A stretch of 64,000 nucleotides of DNA, from positions 32,001 to 96,000 of IMG/VR virus record IMGVR_UViG_3300047089_000244; one strand, 5' to 3'. The notes beneath the pieces were generated by a model that was not told the origin of the DNA, did not search any database, and saw only the letters and a program-made list of their open reading frames with translations. The stretch comes from a virus. Shown one piece after another: positions 10,231 to 20,400 of this stretch (position 1 is its first letter; each line of letters opens with the position of its first letter). The position numbers were made by a program, and so were the translations under genes.

Positions 10231-10908
10231 ATGGGATACGATCCTCATGCATCAGGGCTTTTGACAGGAGGCGGGGCGCGCCGCTTCAAAGCCCGTGCCA
10301 ATGTCATTAGAGGCGAGAACCTAAAGCACTTCCCAAACGTTCATATATCTGACGTGTGGTCTATCAAGAGAGAAATCCCAGACTTCGATCCTGCGTTGGA
10401 ATTCGAGTACACCCGGCGCGAGCTACTGTTGCTGGCGGAGAAGATCCTGCTAGAAGATCAGAAGCCTCCATACGAGGAGCCAGCATGGCTCAATGGGCCT
10501 ACTATGAATGATCGGATCAAGCGCGAGATATATTGCTCAGCAGGAACGCCCGATCCATCCATCGTAGAAGGTATGTACTGGCGTACACATCCCCAAGGCA
10601 GGCCATGGTTATCAGAGGACGAACGCCGAGGCTCAGGGGCTAGTTTCTACGGAACCAAAAGGACAAGTAAGGAAGCTATTCCTGCGCCACCCAAGCGAGT
10701 TCTCAAAAAGTGTCGCTTCAAAGGATGTTCCGAGGATGCGCGCGTAAAGGGTCTGTGCTACGCACATCGCGGCCAAGAGAGATTGGGTATATCTCTACGG
10801 CCCATCAAACGTCACGTTGGTCTCTCCAAGTTTGCTCTCCGCGAGAAAGATATGATTGATCGTGCAGAGGCAAAGAAAAGGACCCCCGAAGGGGTCCTTT
10901 CCAATTGA
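10231..10908 (+). CDS. Hypothetical protein with C-terminal Zn finger
   Basis: Leaderless (TATACT 10218-23); CRFKGC...GLCYAH motif. Confidence 0.65.
   Translation: MGYDPHASGLLTGGGARRFKARANVIRGENLKHFPNVHISDVWSIKREIPDFDPALEFEYTRRELLLLAEKILLEDQKPPYEEPAWLNGPTMNDRIKREIYCSAGTPDPSIVEGMYWRTHPQGRPWLSEDERRGSGASFYGTKRTSKEAIPAPPKRVLKKCRFKGCSEDARVKGLCYAHRGQERLGISLRPIKRHVGLSKFALREKDMIDRAEAKKRTPEGVLSN
10877..10900 (-). terminator. Intrinsic terminator after the major capsid gene (possibly bidirectional)
   Basis: AAAGGACCCC-CGAA-GGGGTCCTTT; UUCG loop and U-tract on the minus strand. Confidence 0.8.
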
Positions 10909-10921
10909 ACTTGAGTTAGGC

Positions 10922-12040
10922 TTACAAGCGCCATTCTCCAGTACCAGACACGACACCTTCGCCTGTTCCCAGGCCAGAGATGTTGAGCTTTTCTGGTGCA
11001 GCGTTGCTGCTTGCCTTGACGATGCGGGACAGTCCGCGAGGGTTAAGGATGAGCATTCCTACAAGCTCGTCCATGACCCAACCCTTCCAGAACTGCTCGA
11101 CCTGGTGGTTCTCCTCTACGTCGAGAGAGTACATGACAGGGAAGACCCCGATGAACTCCGGCTCGGCTGCGAGGAAGACCTCACCCTGAGGGATGATGAT
11201 CGAACGCTGGATCTGGAACTCGCCGAAGCTCGTGATGCGGCCTCCTGCGAATACCTCGTCCTTGAACCTGAAGCCTGTGACGTTCAGATCCCAGTTGTAG
11301 AGATCGCGAATGTCAGCCGGGTGGGCTAGCACACGACGTGCCTCTAGCTGGTTGATTTCGATCTGCGAAACAGCGTTGTAGAAGTCGGCAGGCTCCAGAG
11401 GGTTACCTTCGCCCAACAGAACGGTGTGTTCGTTGACGTTGGCTTCCGGACCTGATGCTACTCCTACTGCGCGACCGCCGGTCGGTGCAAGTCCTACTGG
11501 ACCTTCACCATCCTGTGCAGCCTCGATTGCTTCGCCGAGTCCGACAATAGCCTGCTCCAGGAGCAAGACGAGACGTGCGTCCTCTTGCTTCTGAATGGCC
11601 TGGCGAGACTCATCCTGGGCGAATTCGACTGCGTTCACACGGAGGTAATACAAATCCTCCTTGCGGATGCGTGGGAAGGTGGCGAGCCTGAAGAGGCTCG
11701 GGAATGCCTGCCTACCCTCGAATGGTGTGATCTTGACCTCTGCGTCAGTGCTGTTCAGCACGTACGCGCGGCCGAGGTCATCCAGAATGTCGTACGGCAT
11801 GAGGGGTCCTCGCTCCAGCGTGTCCTCTACAAGGACGTTGCGGACGATTCCCTCATAACGCAGGCGGATCTGAATAGGACCGATCATGCCCTGGCCGATG
11901 CGGCGCATAGCGTTACCCTTATCTGCAAGGATAGCTTCTAGACGACCGATCTTCTGTTTCTTGGAGAGCTTTGGAAGATCTTTTAGCTTCTCCTCGTAGT
12001 CAGCGGATGCCACTACTTGTCGTTGAAAGTTTTCGTACAT
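10922..12040 (-). CDS. Major capsid protein
   Basis: MIGPIQIRLRYEGIVRNVLVED...YDILDDLG...KEDLYYLR...WVMDELVGMLILNPRG closely recalls the Bxz1/cluster C MCP; follows protease and decoration genes. Confidence 0.92.
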   Translation of the reverse strand: MYENFQRQVVASADYEEKLKDLPKLSKKQKIGRLEAILADKGNAMRRIGQGMIGPIQIRLRYEGIVRNVLVEDTLERGPLMPYDILDDLGRAYVLNSTDAEVKITPFEGRQAFPSLFRLATFPRIRKEDLYYLRVNAVEFAQDESRQAIQKQEDARLVLLLEQAIVGLGEAIEAAQDGEGPVGLAPTGGRAVGVASGPEANVNEHTVLLGEGNPLEPADFYNAVSQIEINQLEARRVLAHPADIRDLYNWDLNVTGFRFKDEVFAGGRITSFGEFQIQRSIIIPQGEVFLAAEPEFIGVFPVMYSLDVEENHQVEQFWKGWVMDELVGMLILNPRGLSRIVKASSNAAPEKLNISGLGTGEGVVSGTGEWRL

Positions 12041-12052
12041 TTCAGTGGCTCC

Positions 12053-12673
12053 TTATACCAGTAGCTTGAATCGCAGAACGCTTGGTTCATATGCAATGAC
12101 TTCAGCGATCTTGGTTTTGTTTTCGCCTGCGGTTACGGTTAGGCGACCGTCTTTACCTACATACAAATAGACGGGCAGTCCTTCTTTGTTCTTGGACGCA
12201 ACTTCCGTGGCAACTTCTGATGGGTTGAACCCAGGAGCAAGCAGATCGTACTGCGAGTCTGGACCCTGCCAAGCGGAAATGTTGCTGGTGTTCTTAACAC
12301 CATCGAACGTACCTCCAACCCACTGGCCAAGGAGGCCGAAAGGAGAAGCTTCTTTGACACCGGCATCGCCGATAGCATAGTTTTCTCCAGCGGTCTTGAA
12401 AAGAACAAGTCCTGGGGTCAAGGAATTTTCGAACGTAAAGGCTGTACCAGTTCGCGTGAACGGGCTAGCTGCTGCTGCCCCTGTAGCGACGACTGCCTTT
12501 TCGTCAGTTGATAGCGGAACGCGAATCCCGCCAGTGGTGGTACGCAGAGATGGGTCTAGGTAACCAGACGTAGGCGTAGCCTGAGTCTGTCCCTGAACAA
12601 CACGCAGAAGTCGTTTCTGACTCGTAATGTTGATGTTGGACGCATCACTGCCGGTAGGATAGATAATCTCCAT
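12053..12673 (-). CDS. Capsid decoration/cement protein
   Basis: Between the protease and MCP genes; PFGLLGQWVGGTFD motif. Confidence 0.7.
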   Translation of the reverse strand: MEIIYPTGSDASNINITSQKRLLRVVQGQTQATPTSGYLDPSLRTTTGGIRVPLSTDEKAVVATGAAAASPFTRTGTAFTFENSLTPGLVLFKTAGENYAIGDAGVKEASPFGLLGQWVGGTFDGVKNTSNISAWQGPDSQYDLLAPGFNPSEVATEVASKNKEGLPVYLYVGKDGRLTVTAGENKTKIAEVIAYEPSVLRFKLLV

Positions 12674-12863
12674 GTGATGATTTTCCTTTTTGTGAAGCGT
12701 CCACGATTGGTAGCTTCATTCATTCTTACGACGGCGGTTATGAAAAAGTAAGTAGCAAATTACTTATTTGCATTTTTACGTCTAAACGGTGCGAGTACCC
12801 ATGCCACAGGTCGCAAGATCAGAAAGAGTACTCGCCAGCCCCACCAATTATCTTCGTTCATAC

Positions 12864-15383
12864 TTAGCGTCCAAAGAGAGCGGAATCAGCAACGTCCTCG
12901 GAAATTACCTCGGACTCCGACTCATCGCTAGAGATCACGCTGTCGAAACGCTTCGTAGAGGCAGTTGCCTTACCAAATGCTCCGGGCATACGTGTGACTC
13001 CTGATGTGCGCTGAGCAGCAATCTTCTTCGTTCCCGCTGTCTTGACGCGAGAGAGCATGTCCATCTGGGCACTGATCTCCTCATCGGTCTGCGGCGATAG
13101 CTCTGCTAGGCGCTCATACTTGGCGTCTTTCTCGATTAAACCGAGATCGACTTCCATGTCTGCAAGCTTGAGTGACGCGACAAAGTGCGATGTAAATCCA
13201 TCAAACTGTGTCTCGCTGACCTCGGTGGTAACTGGGTCCTGCTGACGCAGCACCTTGTTGCCGTCTGTGCCAGTCCACTGACTTGTCGGACCAGAGTTGT
13301 TCTCTGGAGTAGCTGTAGGCTGGAGAACATCGACGCGCTCGCCGAATTTCTCTGCGACAGGCTGTACGCCCTTGACGGCAGTACCGCCAGAGAGTCCAGG
13401 CTGGTCGTAGAACGGCTTGGCATCGTATGCCTGGCGAACAGATGAATCCTTGTTCTGGTTACCTTCAAGGCTCTCATTGGTCACGCTGTCACTGATACCT
13501 TTCTGAGTTCCATCGGAATCTCCGAATGTAGAAGTCGGTCCGCTATCCTCGACAGTCTTGGTTGCGTCGAATCCCGAGTCGTCTGATGTCTCAGATGCGG
13601 TCGGTAGACTCTCCGTCTTTTCAGCGCCAACGTCTGTAACTCCGGTTGAACCTACGCCGGTAACGTCTACCTGTGCGTCGGCTGTGGATGCTGCCTCGTT
13701 GCTTGGCTCAATGACCCCACCGACGCCAGTGGCGTCTACCCGCACATCAGGCGCAGCCTCCGGGCCAGTTGGACCATCAGCGGTCTTCTGTGTGCTCATG
13801 GTATCTCCTGTATGGTTTTGCTTAGCTGCCTCGATGAGGTCTTGTGCATTGCGCATCGCTGCTGTGACCGGCTTCTGCGGATTCTTGACTACGGTTGTCG
13901 TAGCAGGATCGTTCGTAGCTGGGGTTGTACCTGGAAGTAGTGGCTTCTCAAACTGCTTAATTCGAGCAGCCACCTTCGGGTTTAGCTTTGGTTGCCAACG
14001 CATGTCACCCATTACACTTGCGGATGCACCTCGATTTCTAGTCTGTAGGAAGCTACCCGGCTGCTTGGCGTGTGGGGCTGGTCCTCCTGGGGGCGGCATT
14101 GGCTGCGCTTCTCCACCAGGTACGGGCTGTGACGGCTGTGCTCCTTGAGCCATCTCATTGTCTTGCTGTACCTCAGCATTACTACCTTGTTGCATGTCGC
14201 CCTGTAGCTCTCTAGCCTTAGTGAGATCCGGGTTATCCATGCCCTTAGGTGGCTCGACGTATCCACATACGTCACATGTCTCTCCGTCCATCTGCTCACC
14301 ACAGACTGGACACTTGTGCTCCTGGCGCATAGTGTCAACCTCTTCAGGTGCAGTGGTCTCAAAGGATTGAGGGAGTGGGTTCTCTGCTGTGTGAATAGAA
14401 GAGTCCTTGCCTTTATGCTTGTTGCGCGTGGCATAGTAAACCTCCTCGCCCTTCTCATCACCATATTGCTTTTTCATAGCCTCGAATGCCTCTTTTGCGG
14501 CACCAGGCTTTCCACCAAAGTAGGAATCATCACCTGGATCAGGTGATCCCTTCATGAATCCACTTGATTTGTTCAAACCCTCATCCTCGACGCTGGCACG
14601 GATTTCACGAGCAAGGGCTGTCTCATCAGCGGGATCGAAGACGGCGCTGATCTCAAAGAAGTGAATGCCGTAGCAGTTCTCATATGACTTGCGTGAGATT
14701 CGTTTGCCATCGGCTGTCTTGAAATCATGGTGTGCACCCTTCATCAAGATGTGCGAGCAATACTCATCTGGATTGGTTGCCTCATGACCGCAGTGAGAGC
14801 ACTTAGACTTCTCTACGTCGCAGCCCATTGAGAAGCCATCGATGTCGCCATTACGAGCAGCCTTGGCATATACCGGGAAGCTCTTGGCATCGATCTCTAT
14901 GAGTAACTCGATCTCAGTTGGCGGAGCATGCTCAGGATCGAGGCTTGCACTGGTCCAGTAGTCGTCGGTACCTGCAACCTTGCTCCCTGGTAGCACGCGG
15001 AGCTTGGAATCTACGACGACGCCACGGGCTCGTCCTGGATCGCTGTTGTTGTGATCGATGAAGTTAGGCTTGCCCATGAAGGTGGCGAAGCCGTATTTGC
15101 TGCTACCTTCTGACGCCTCGACCGTGAAGCCGGTTGAGGACTGCTTAGCATGGCGCTCAAAGATGTCTGGACCGCCAGCAAGCTCGACTGAAGGCCAGCC
15201 ATCGTTGTTCTTGTTGACGCGAGAGGAGATGGCCCTCAGACGCACGTACATGTAGCCGTCGTCGGTACGGTAGTCGTGGAAGTCGCTCAGCCTATCGAGG
15301 CTGGCCATATGCCTACGAGTGGGGGAGCCCTTGACCTCAAGGACCTCGGCATCTTCGAAGGTCGCAAACTTGGTGAAGCTCAT
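12864..15383 (-). CDS. Prohead maturation protease fused to Zn-ribbon and scaffold-like regions
   Basis: FIDHNN (His) and GFSMGC (Ser) motifs, CSHCG..YCSH Zn finger, FFEISAVFDPAD; acidic repetitive C-terminus. Confidence 0.8.
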   Translation of the reverse strand: MSFTKFATFEDAEVLEVKGSPTRRHMASLDRLSDFHDYRTDDGYMYVRLRAISSRVNKNNDGWPSVELAGGPDIFERHAKQSSTGFTVEASEGSSKYGFATFMGKPNFIDHNNSDPGRARGVVVDSKLRVLPGSKVAGTDDYWTSASLDPEHAPPTEIELLIEIDAKSFPVYAKAARNGDIDGFSMGCDVEKSKCSHCGHEATNPDEYCSHILMKGAHHDFKTADGKRISRKSYENCYGIHFFEISAVFDPADETALAREIRASVEDEGLNKSSGFMKGSPDPGDDSYFGGKPGAAKEAFEAMKKQYGDEKGEEVYYATRNKHKGKDSSIHTAENPLPQSFETTAPEEVDTMRQEHKCPVCGEQMDGETCDVCGYVEPPKGMDNPDLTKARELQGDMQQGSNAEVQQDNEMAQGAQPSQPVPGGEAQPMPPPGGPAPHAKQPGSFLQTRNRGASASVMGDMRWQPKLNPKVAARIKQFEKPLLPGTTPATNDPATTTVVKNPQKPVTAAMRNAQDLIEAAKQNHTGDTMSTQKTADGPTGPEAAPDVRVDATGVGGVIEPSNEAASTADAQVDVTGVGSTGVTDVGAEKTESLPTASETSDDSGFDATKTVEDSGPTSTFGDSDGTQKGISDSVTNESLEGNQNKDSSVRQAYDAKPFYDQPGLSGGTAVKGVQPVAEKFGERVDVLQPTATPENNSGPTSQWTGTDGNKVLRQQDPVTTEVSETQFDGFTSHFVASLKLADMEVDLGLIEKDAKYERLAELSPQTDEEISAQMDMLSRVKTAGTKKIAAQRTSGVTRMPGAFGKATASTKRFDSVISSDESESEVISEDVADSALFGR

Positions 15384-15391
15384 CTCATCAG

Positions 15392-15405
15392 TTATGCCGC
15401 AGAAG
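15392..15405 (-). promoter_or_regulatory. Candidate late promoter (example; CTTC-N6-ATAA) for the prohead protease gene
   Basis: The same motif recurs upstream of more than 12 structural genes. Confidence 0.6.
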
Positions 15406-15466
15406 GAACACTAGAACAAGCGTCCAGAGCCTTGATATGACTTATGATATGTGATATGCTACAGGC

Positions 15467-16057
15467 ATGAAAACTTTACGAAGCATCTCGACTGCCGTTC
15501 TGCTTTGTCTTATTCTGGCCGCTCCGGCGGCTGCGGATGAACTCTCGCTCTCGACACCTTCAGTATTTTCGGGCGAAACCGTCTCCTATACCATCAAGGT
15601 GGAAGAACATCCTGGCACATCATTCATTGCCATGGTTCGGCTAACCAATGATCCAACCTGTCTGCTCGAAAAAAGCACAAAACAGAACATCCTTAGCACG
15701 GCCTCTTTTACCAAACCCACGACTGAAACTCGTCTTTTGACAGGGTTGTACGAAGCTTTTGGAACCTATCAAGTATGCGAGTACTTTCTCAATGAAAATG
15801 AAAAAGAAAACGCTAAACCTCAAATCATCAAAACGTTTGAAGTAGTAGCTCATCCTGTTCCGCCTACACCTACAGTGCCGGTAGCACCTGTCTCAACTCC
15901 GGCACCTGTTACTGCAATTCCTTCAGCGATAGTACCGCATGTGACTGTTCTCACGGCGGCACAGAAGCTCCGTGCTGCGCTCAAGAAGTGCAAGCACCAG
16001 AAGAACAAGCGTAAGCGTGTGAAGTGCGAACGAGCGGCTAAGAAGGTGCGCCACTAA
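15467..16057 (+). CDS. Secreted protein with Solirubrobacterales-type basic C-terminal motif
   Basis: Signal peptide (APAAA-DE), Pro/Thr linker, TAAQKLRAALKKCKHQKNKRKRVKCERAAKK. Confidence 0.75.
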   Translation: MKTLRSISTAVLLCLILAAPAAADELSLSTPSVFSGETVSYTIKVEEHPGTSFIAMVRLTNDPTCLLEKSTKQNILSTASFTKPTTETRLLTGLYEAFGTYQVCEYFLNENEKENAKPQIIKTFEVVAHPVPPTPTVPVAPVSTPAPVTAIPSAIVPHVTVLTAAQKLRAALKKCKHQKNKRKRVKCERAAKKVRH

Positions 16058-16266
16058 CCACCGTTGATGTACTGCGGTACATCAAGCTCGCTAGCGAGTC
16101 CAACGAGTAAAGCCTCAGAATCGTACGTTAGTGTCTTGAGCGTCTGCTTGCAGGCGCTCTCGCGCTTTTCATCTAGGCCCCATGACTCGATCAGACCACA
16201 GAGGCGACCGCGCAAACGATTCATCTCGGCATGGATGTTGTCCTCAACCTCGGTCCTTCTTGACAT
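16054..16266 (-). CDS. Hypothetical protein
   Basis: SD GGAGG upstream of ATG. Confidence 0.55.
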   Translation of the reverse strand: MSRRTEVEDNIHAEMNRLRGRLCGLIESWGLDEKRESACKQTLKTLTYDSEALLVGLASELDVPQYINGG

Positions 16267-16293
16267 GATTCCTCCCGTCTATGACGGCTTGAC

Positions 16294-17139
16294 TTAGTAG
16301 GCTGAGATAAGAGCTTTGGCGATGCGGTGACCTGTGCGCTCATCGGTCCAGACCTTCGCCTGCTTGACCTTGAACCCAGTGCCATAAGCAACTTCTTGGA
16401 GTTCTGCATCCACGTCCGCTGCTGAATAGTGGTCAGGGACTCGTTCTTCAACCTCGAAGGTTGCCATAGCGCCAGCCAAAGTCTCCCATGGGTGCTCCTT
16501 AGCGCGCTGAACGATTGGGTTGTCAGGGTATACGCTTGAGAATGCAGGAGCGCCAACTGGAGTTTGTCCCGGAGGTACCTCGCCTGGCTTGAGAGCCTTC
16601 TCGTGGTGTACCTCTTCAGGTGCCGGAGGCGCTCCCGCTCCTGGAGGTCCATCTGGCCCCGGAGGACCTACTGGTGGTTCTTCGCCCGGTACAGGGCTTT
16701 CTGCGCCCCCTGAGAGGTCAGGAATACCGAGAGCTACTGCGATCTGCTGCACGATGTCAAAGAGTGCCTGGATCTTGTGCTCCTCGCCGCCCTTGCCATG
16801 CTCGTCCCCATCCTTACTCGGAGGACCTTCGCCATCTCCGCTATCGCTGTCGCCACCATCATCATCGCCCGGCTTGTCCTCCTTAGGCGGTCCCTCGTCC
16901 TCTGGCTTGGTGTCTCCTGGACCCTCGCTCTTTGGACCTGGGGCATCGTCTGTTTCGTCGGCAGGTCCCCCAAATGGGTTATCTGCAACGTGGATAGCCG
17001 CGACCCAGTGACCGTCTAGCTCTTCAACGGTAATATCATCAGCGCCCTGAGGAAACTGAGGACTCGTCTTAGCAGCCTCAACAGCCGCCTCGCGAGTCAT
17101 TGTGCTGACCTTTGGACCTGTTGCGAAAATGATTGCCAT
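16294..17139 (-). CDS. Putative head-associated protein, Pro/acidic-rich
   Basis: Late motif upstream; HVA|DNPF motif; within the head module. Confidence 0.6.
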   Translation of the reverse strand: MAIIFATGPKVSTMTREAAVEAAKTSPQFPQGADDITVEELDGHWVAAIHVADNPFGGPADETDDAPGPKSEGPGDTKPEDEGPPKEDKPGDDDGGDSDSGDGEGPPSKDGDEHGKGGEEHKIQALFDIVQQIAVALGIPDLSGGAESPVPGEEPPVGPPGPDGPPGAGAPPAPEEVHHEKALKPGEVPPGQTPVGAPAFSSVYPDNPIVQRAKEHPWETLAGAMATFEVEERVPDHYSAADVDAELQEVAYGTGFKVKQAKVWTDERTGHRIAKALISAY

Positions 17140-17175
17140 CGACTCTTACCTTTCAGTTCTAGCTCGTTTGTATGC

Positions 17176-17409
17176 TTACTGGCCTATTGGCGCGGAACCA
17201 GGGACCTGAACGATTGTTGGGGCTGCTCCCGATGGGCGCTCTTGACTGTGTGCTGGAGCACGACCTGAACGAATCTCTGATAGCGTGTACTGTCGAGGTT
17301 GTTCAATTGGCTTATGGCAGGTAGGACATGTTGTCCCGAACCCTCCATTGATTCCACACATGCTGCACTCATACTGAGGCTCCTGCGGTGTTTGTTGCTC
17401 ATCTGACAT
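17176..17409 (-). CDS. Small Zn-ribbon protein
   Basis: SD AAGGAG; CSMC..CPTC. Confidence 0.6.
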   Translation of the reverse strand: MSDEQQTPQEPQYECSMCGINGGFGTTCPTCHKPIEQPRQYTLSEIRSGRAPAHSQERPSGAAPTIVQVPGSAPIGQ

Positions 17410-17419
17410 TTGTTTCTCC

Positions 17420-20400
17420 TTAGATTCCAAGGAACAAGTCCGCATCGCGTACTCGTTCTGGGTTTGTCTTACTTTCGTAATCGTCTCTCACTCTGTAGTG
17501 AGTACCTTCCAAGTCCAGCATGTCGCTATTGCGCGCCATACCATCCTCATCTATTAGTTCACGTTGCTCCCTCGGAGTAAAGTGCTTTCCTGCAACTCGT
17601 TCTTTACGTGCTGTTCTCTCATTTTGTAAATGCTCGTGTACGGCACGTAGACGCTCATCCTTTTCAGCGATGTCGGAAATGTTCCTAGACTGCACGGCAG
17701 CGCGAGACATCTCGGTACGACGTGGCGAGAAGTCCTCAGCATCTCCGTCTTCATGCAACCACTCTGCCGAAGGGTTCGTCCACTCCTCGCGCTGTGCTAC
17801 ACCCAAATGTGAATAGTCGTCCTTTTCCTCGGTCACCCAGTCGTGGCCGCAGCGGAAGCAACTATGTTCCGTTGCCTCGGCCGTGATCATTGCCGATGTG
17901 AATTCGCGGTGACCGCAGCGTGGGCAGTCAGGATCAACACTTGATTGAGCAGCCATCTGCGGCTCACTAGCAGCTTGCTCGTCTGTTGTCTGACCCGATG
18001 GTGGCACCTGTGCATGACCTGGAGCCTGAGAACCAGGAGGTGGTTCGTTGTTTCGATCATCGGCCGTCTGTTCGACAGGTTCAAATGAAAGCTGTTGTAG
18101 CTCCATATCTTGCTTTGAGATTGGTGTGCTTGATGTGAGCATGTTTGGATCATGCTGGCTAGGATCGTTGGCATATGTGCCAAGGAGTGTCACATCAAGT
18201 CCATCTGGCTTTACACGCTCAACACGAATAAGATCCGGAAGTGAGAAGGATGGATTGATCATCTGATACTGTTGACCAGCCTTCAAAGGAGCACCTGTGC
18301 TGTCCTTCCAGGTCAAAGATGAATCTTCATCTCCTCCTTGATCTTGTTGTCCTTCTTGTTCTGCCGCAGGCACACCAATTGGATTAGCCTGTTCGTTGGC
18401 TTGTCCGCCATGCTGACGCTCATCTCGTAGAGCCGTCTTGGCGATGCTGGTTTGTCCGTAGTTCTCGTCCGAGAGTACGTTATTCAACTTCCAGACGTTT
18501 TGGCAGGAGTGACACTTGGCGTGATGATCTGCGTCTCCAATAATACCCGTCGTGGCAGAACCACATTGTGGACAACGTGGAGCGATGTTGTCGGCGGCTG
18601 TAAAGTCTGGCAGGAAGGATGACATCGGTTGCATCGGCTGCCCACCTGATTCTCCCGGAGCCATTCCTGGAACCGGCATGCCTCCTGGGGCCGCTGGCTG
18701 TGGAGCAGGTGGCTGGGTCTGCTCTTCTGGAGTAACGGTTGGGACGTTCATCGGGTTGCCCTGGACTTCAGAAAGGATCTTGGCGTATTCCGGGTTACCC
18801 GGATCGAGTGGCACATTCGGTACCTCGTCCACGCGACCCTCCTGAATGAGATATTGCTGGACAGCGGCGATCTGCTCTGGGGTTACGGGACCTTGGTGAT
18901 TGGCTGAATCAACGAGAGATGCTAGGAGATCGGTGTGCGCGAATGTCTGCGGATGTGGTGCCATGCTTGGTCCACCTGGAACAGGCTGTGCCTGTGGTGC
19001 TGCTGCGACACCGCATTGTGGGCAAGAACCATCGGTCTGCGTTACTCCCCCACAATTCGGGCAATGACCCTGCTGCTGCATACCACCTGGAGGAGTTTGT
19101 GATGAAGGTGCCTGTGGCTGCATACTCGGATTGAGCGCTGTTGGATCAAGCGCCTGCTGTTGTGCTTGTAGGTTACCTTGTTGCATCGGAGGCATGATGG
19201 CCTCATGCACAGTACCAGCATGTACGTGCTCTGGCTTTTTCTTGTTCTGCATGAATCGCTCGGCTGCCTCGGCGTCTGCACTATTAAGATATCCTGGATT
19301 CTCTGCCTCTAACATTTCGTGTAGTCCCTTTAACATAGGATCATCTGCTCCTGACTCGTCTGAATGGTAATACTTTTCAATCAGCGGCATGAGCATCTCC
19401 ATGCGCTGAATACCTGGGCTTTCCTCTGAGAATTGTCCTTGGCTTGGCTTGCCCATGTCCTTCCTGACTTCATCCTCCCCCGATGCACCTGAATCTTGTA
19501 GATTCGGGTTCATCGGATTTTCTGGACTTTTGTCCTGGTCGTTGAACTCCTTCTGGTCAACATCCTGTGGATCATCGTGTTTGACGCCAATGTCTGGAAC
19601 CGAAGATGGCGTTTCGTAATCGCTTTCTACAAAGGCCGCGAGTACATGAGTGAACTGTTGGAGCGGTCCAGAATACCCCCCTCCGCTTCCACCTTGCTGT
19701 GCCTGTCCTCCGCCGAGCGCGTTACCAGCCATACCAACCCCCTGATTGACGAGGCTACTGACTCCCTCAGCCTTAGCGACTCCACCGGCTCCGCTCATTG
19801 CTTTACTCATGAGACCACCGGCTGTGCTTGATCCATCGGCTACTGCTGCTCCAGCCCCCTCTGCGAGACCAGCACCAGCCGCCTCACCTCCTAGAAGAGC
19901 ACCGGCCTCACCTGCGTCGAGTGCGAGAGAAGCTCCTCCTGTCTCTGGAGCTAGAGCAAGACCGGCGACGGGTAGCGCAGCCTCACCTAGAGTTGACCAA
20001 AAGCTTGCTATATGAGAAGTCGCTTGATCAATCCCAGGGGTTGTCCGTGGTCCAGGCTGCTCAGGAATAGCGCCCGGTAATGGCTGAAGAGTATGTGGGT
20101 CAATACCAGGAGGTGGAGCTATCTCGCCGCTTTGGATTTTCGTGGCAAGATCGTGAATACCTGTTGACTCGCCATTTCGATGCTGAACTGCCTCAACGGC
20201 AATTGGTAAATGTGCAGGGTCATGTACAGCAACAACCATTGGCTTACCAAAGTCTGGCGATGAGCGAAATCCATATTTGGTAATGATCGGTCCGCCATGA
20301 CCTCGAACTGGGGTGCCATTAACATGTGCATCTAAGAAAGAAAGGATACTATTGCGATTAGTGTGTGCCCCGTGGAGCCCCATGTCGCTAGGTTGTACTA

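Noticed and set aside
12791-12836. GCGAGTAC...GTACTCGC stem between the protease and decoration genes as a riboswitch
   Set aside because: A single 8-bp stem with no recognisable aptamer; more likely a processing or stability hairpin.
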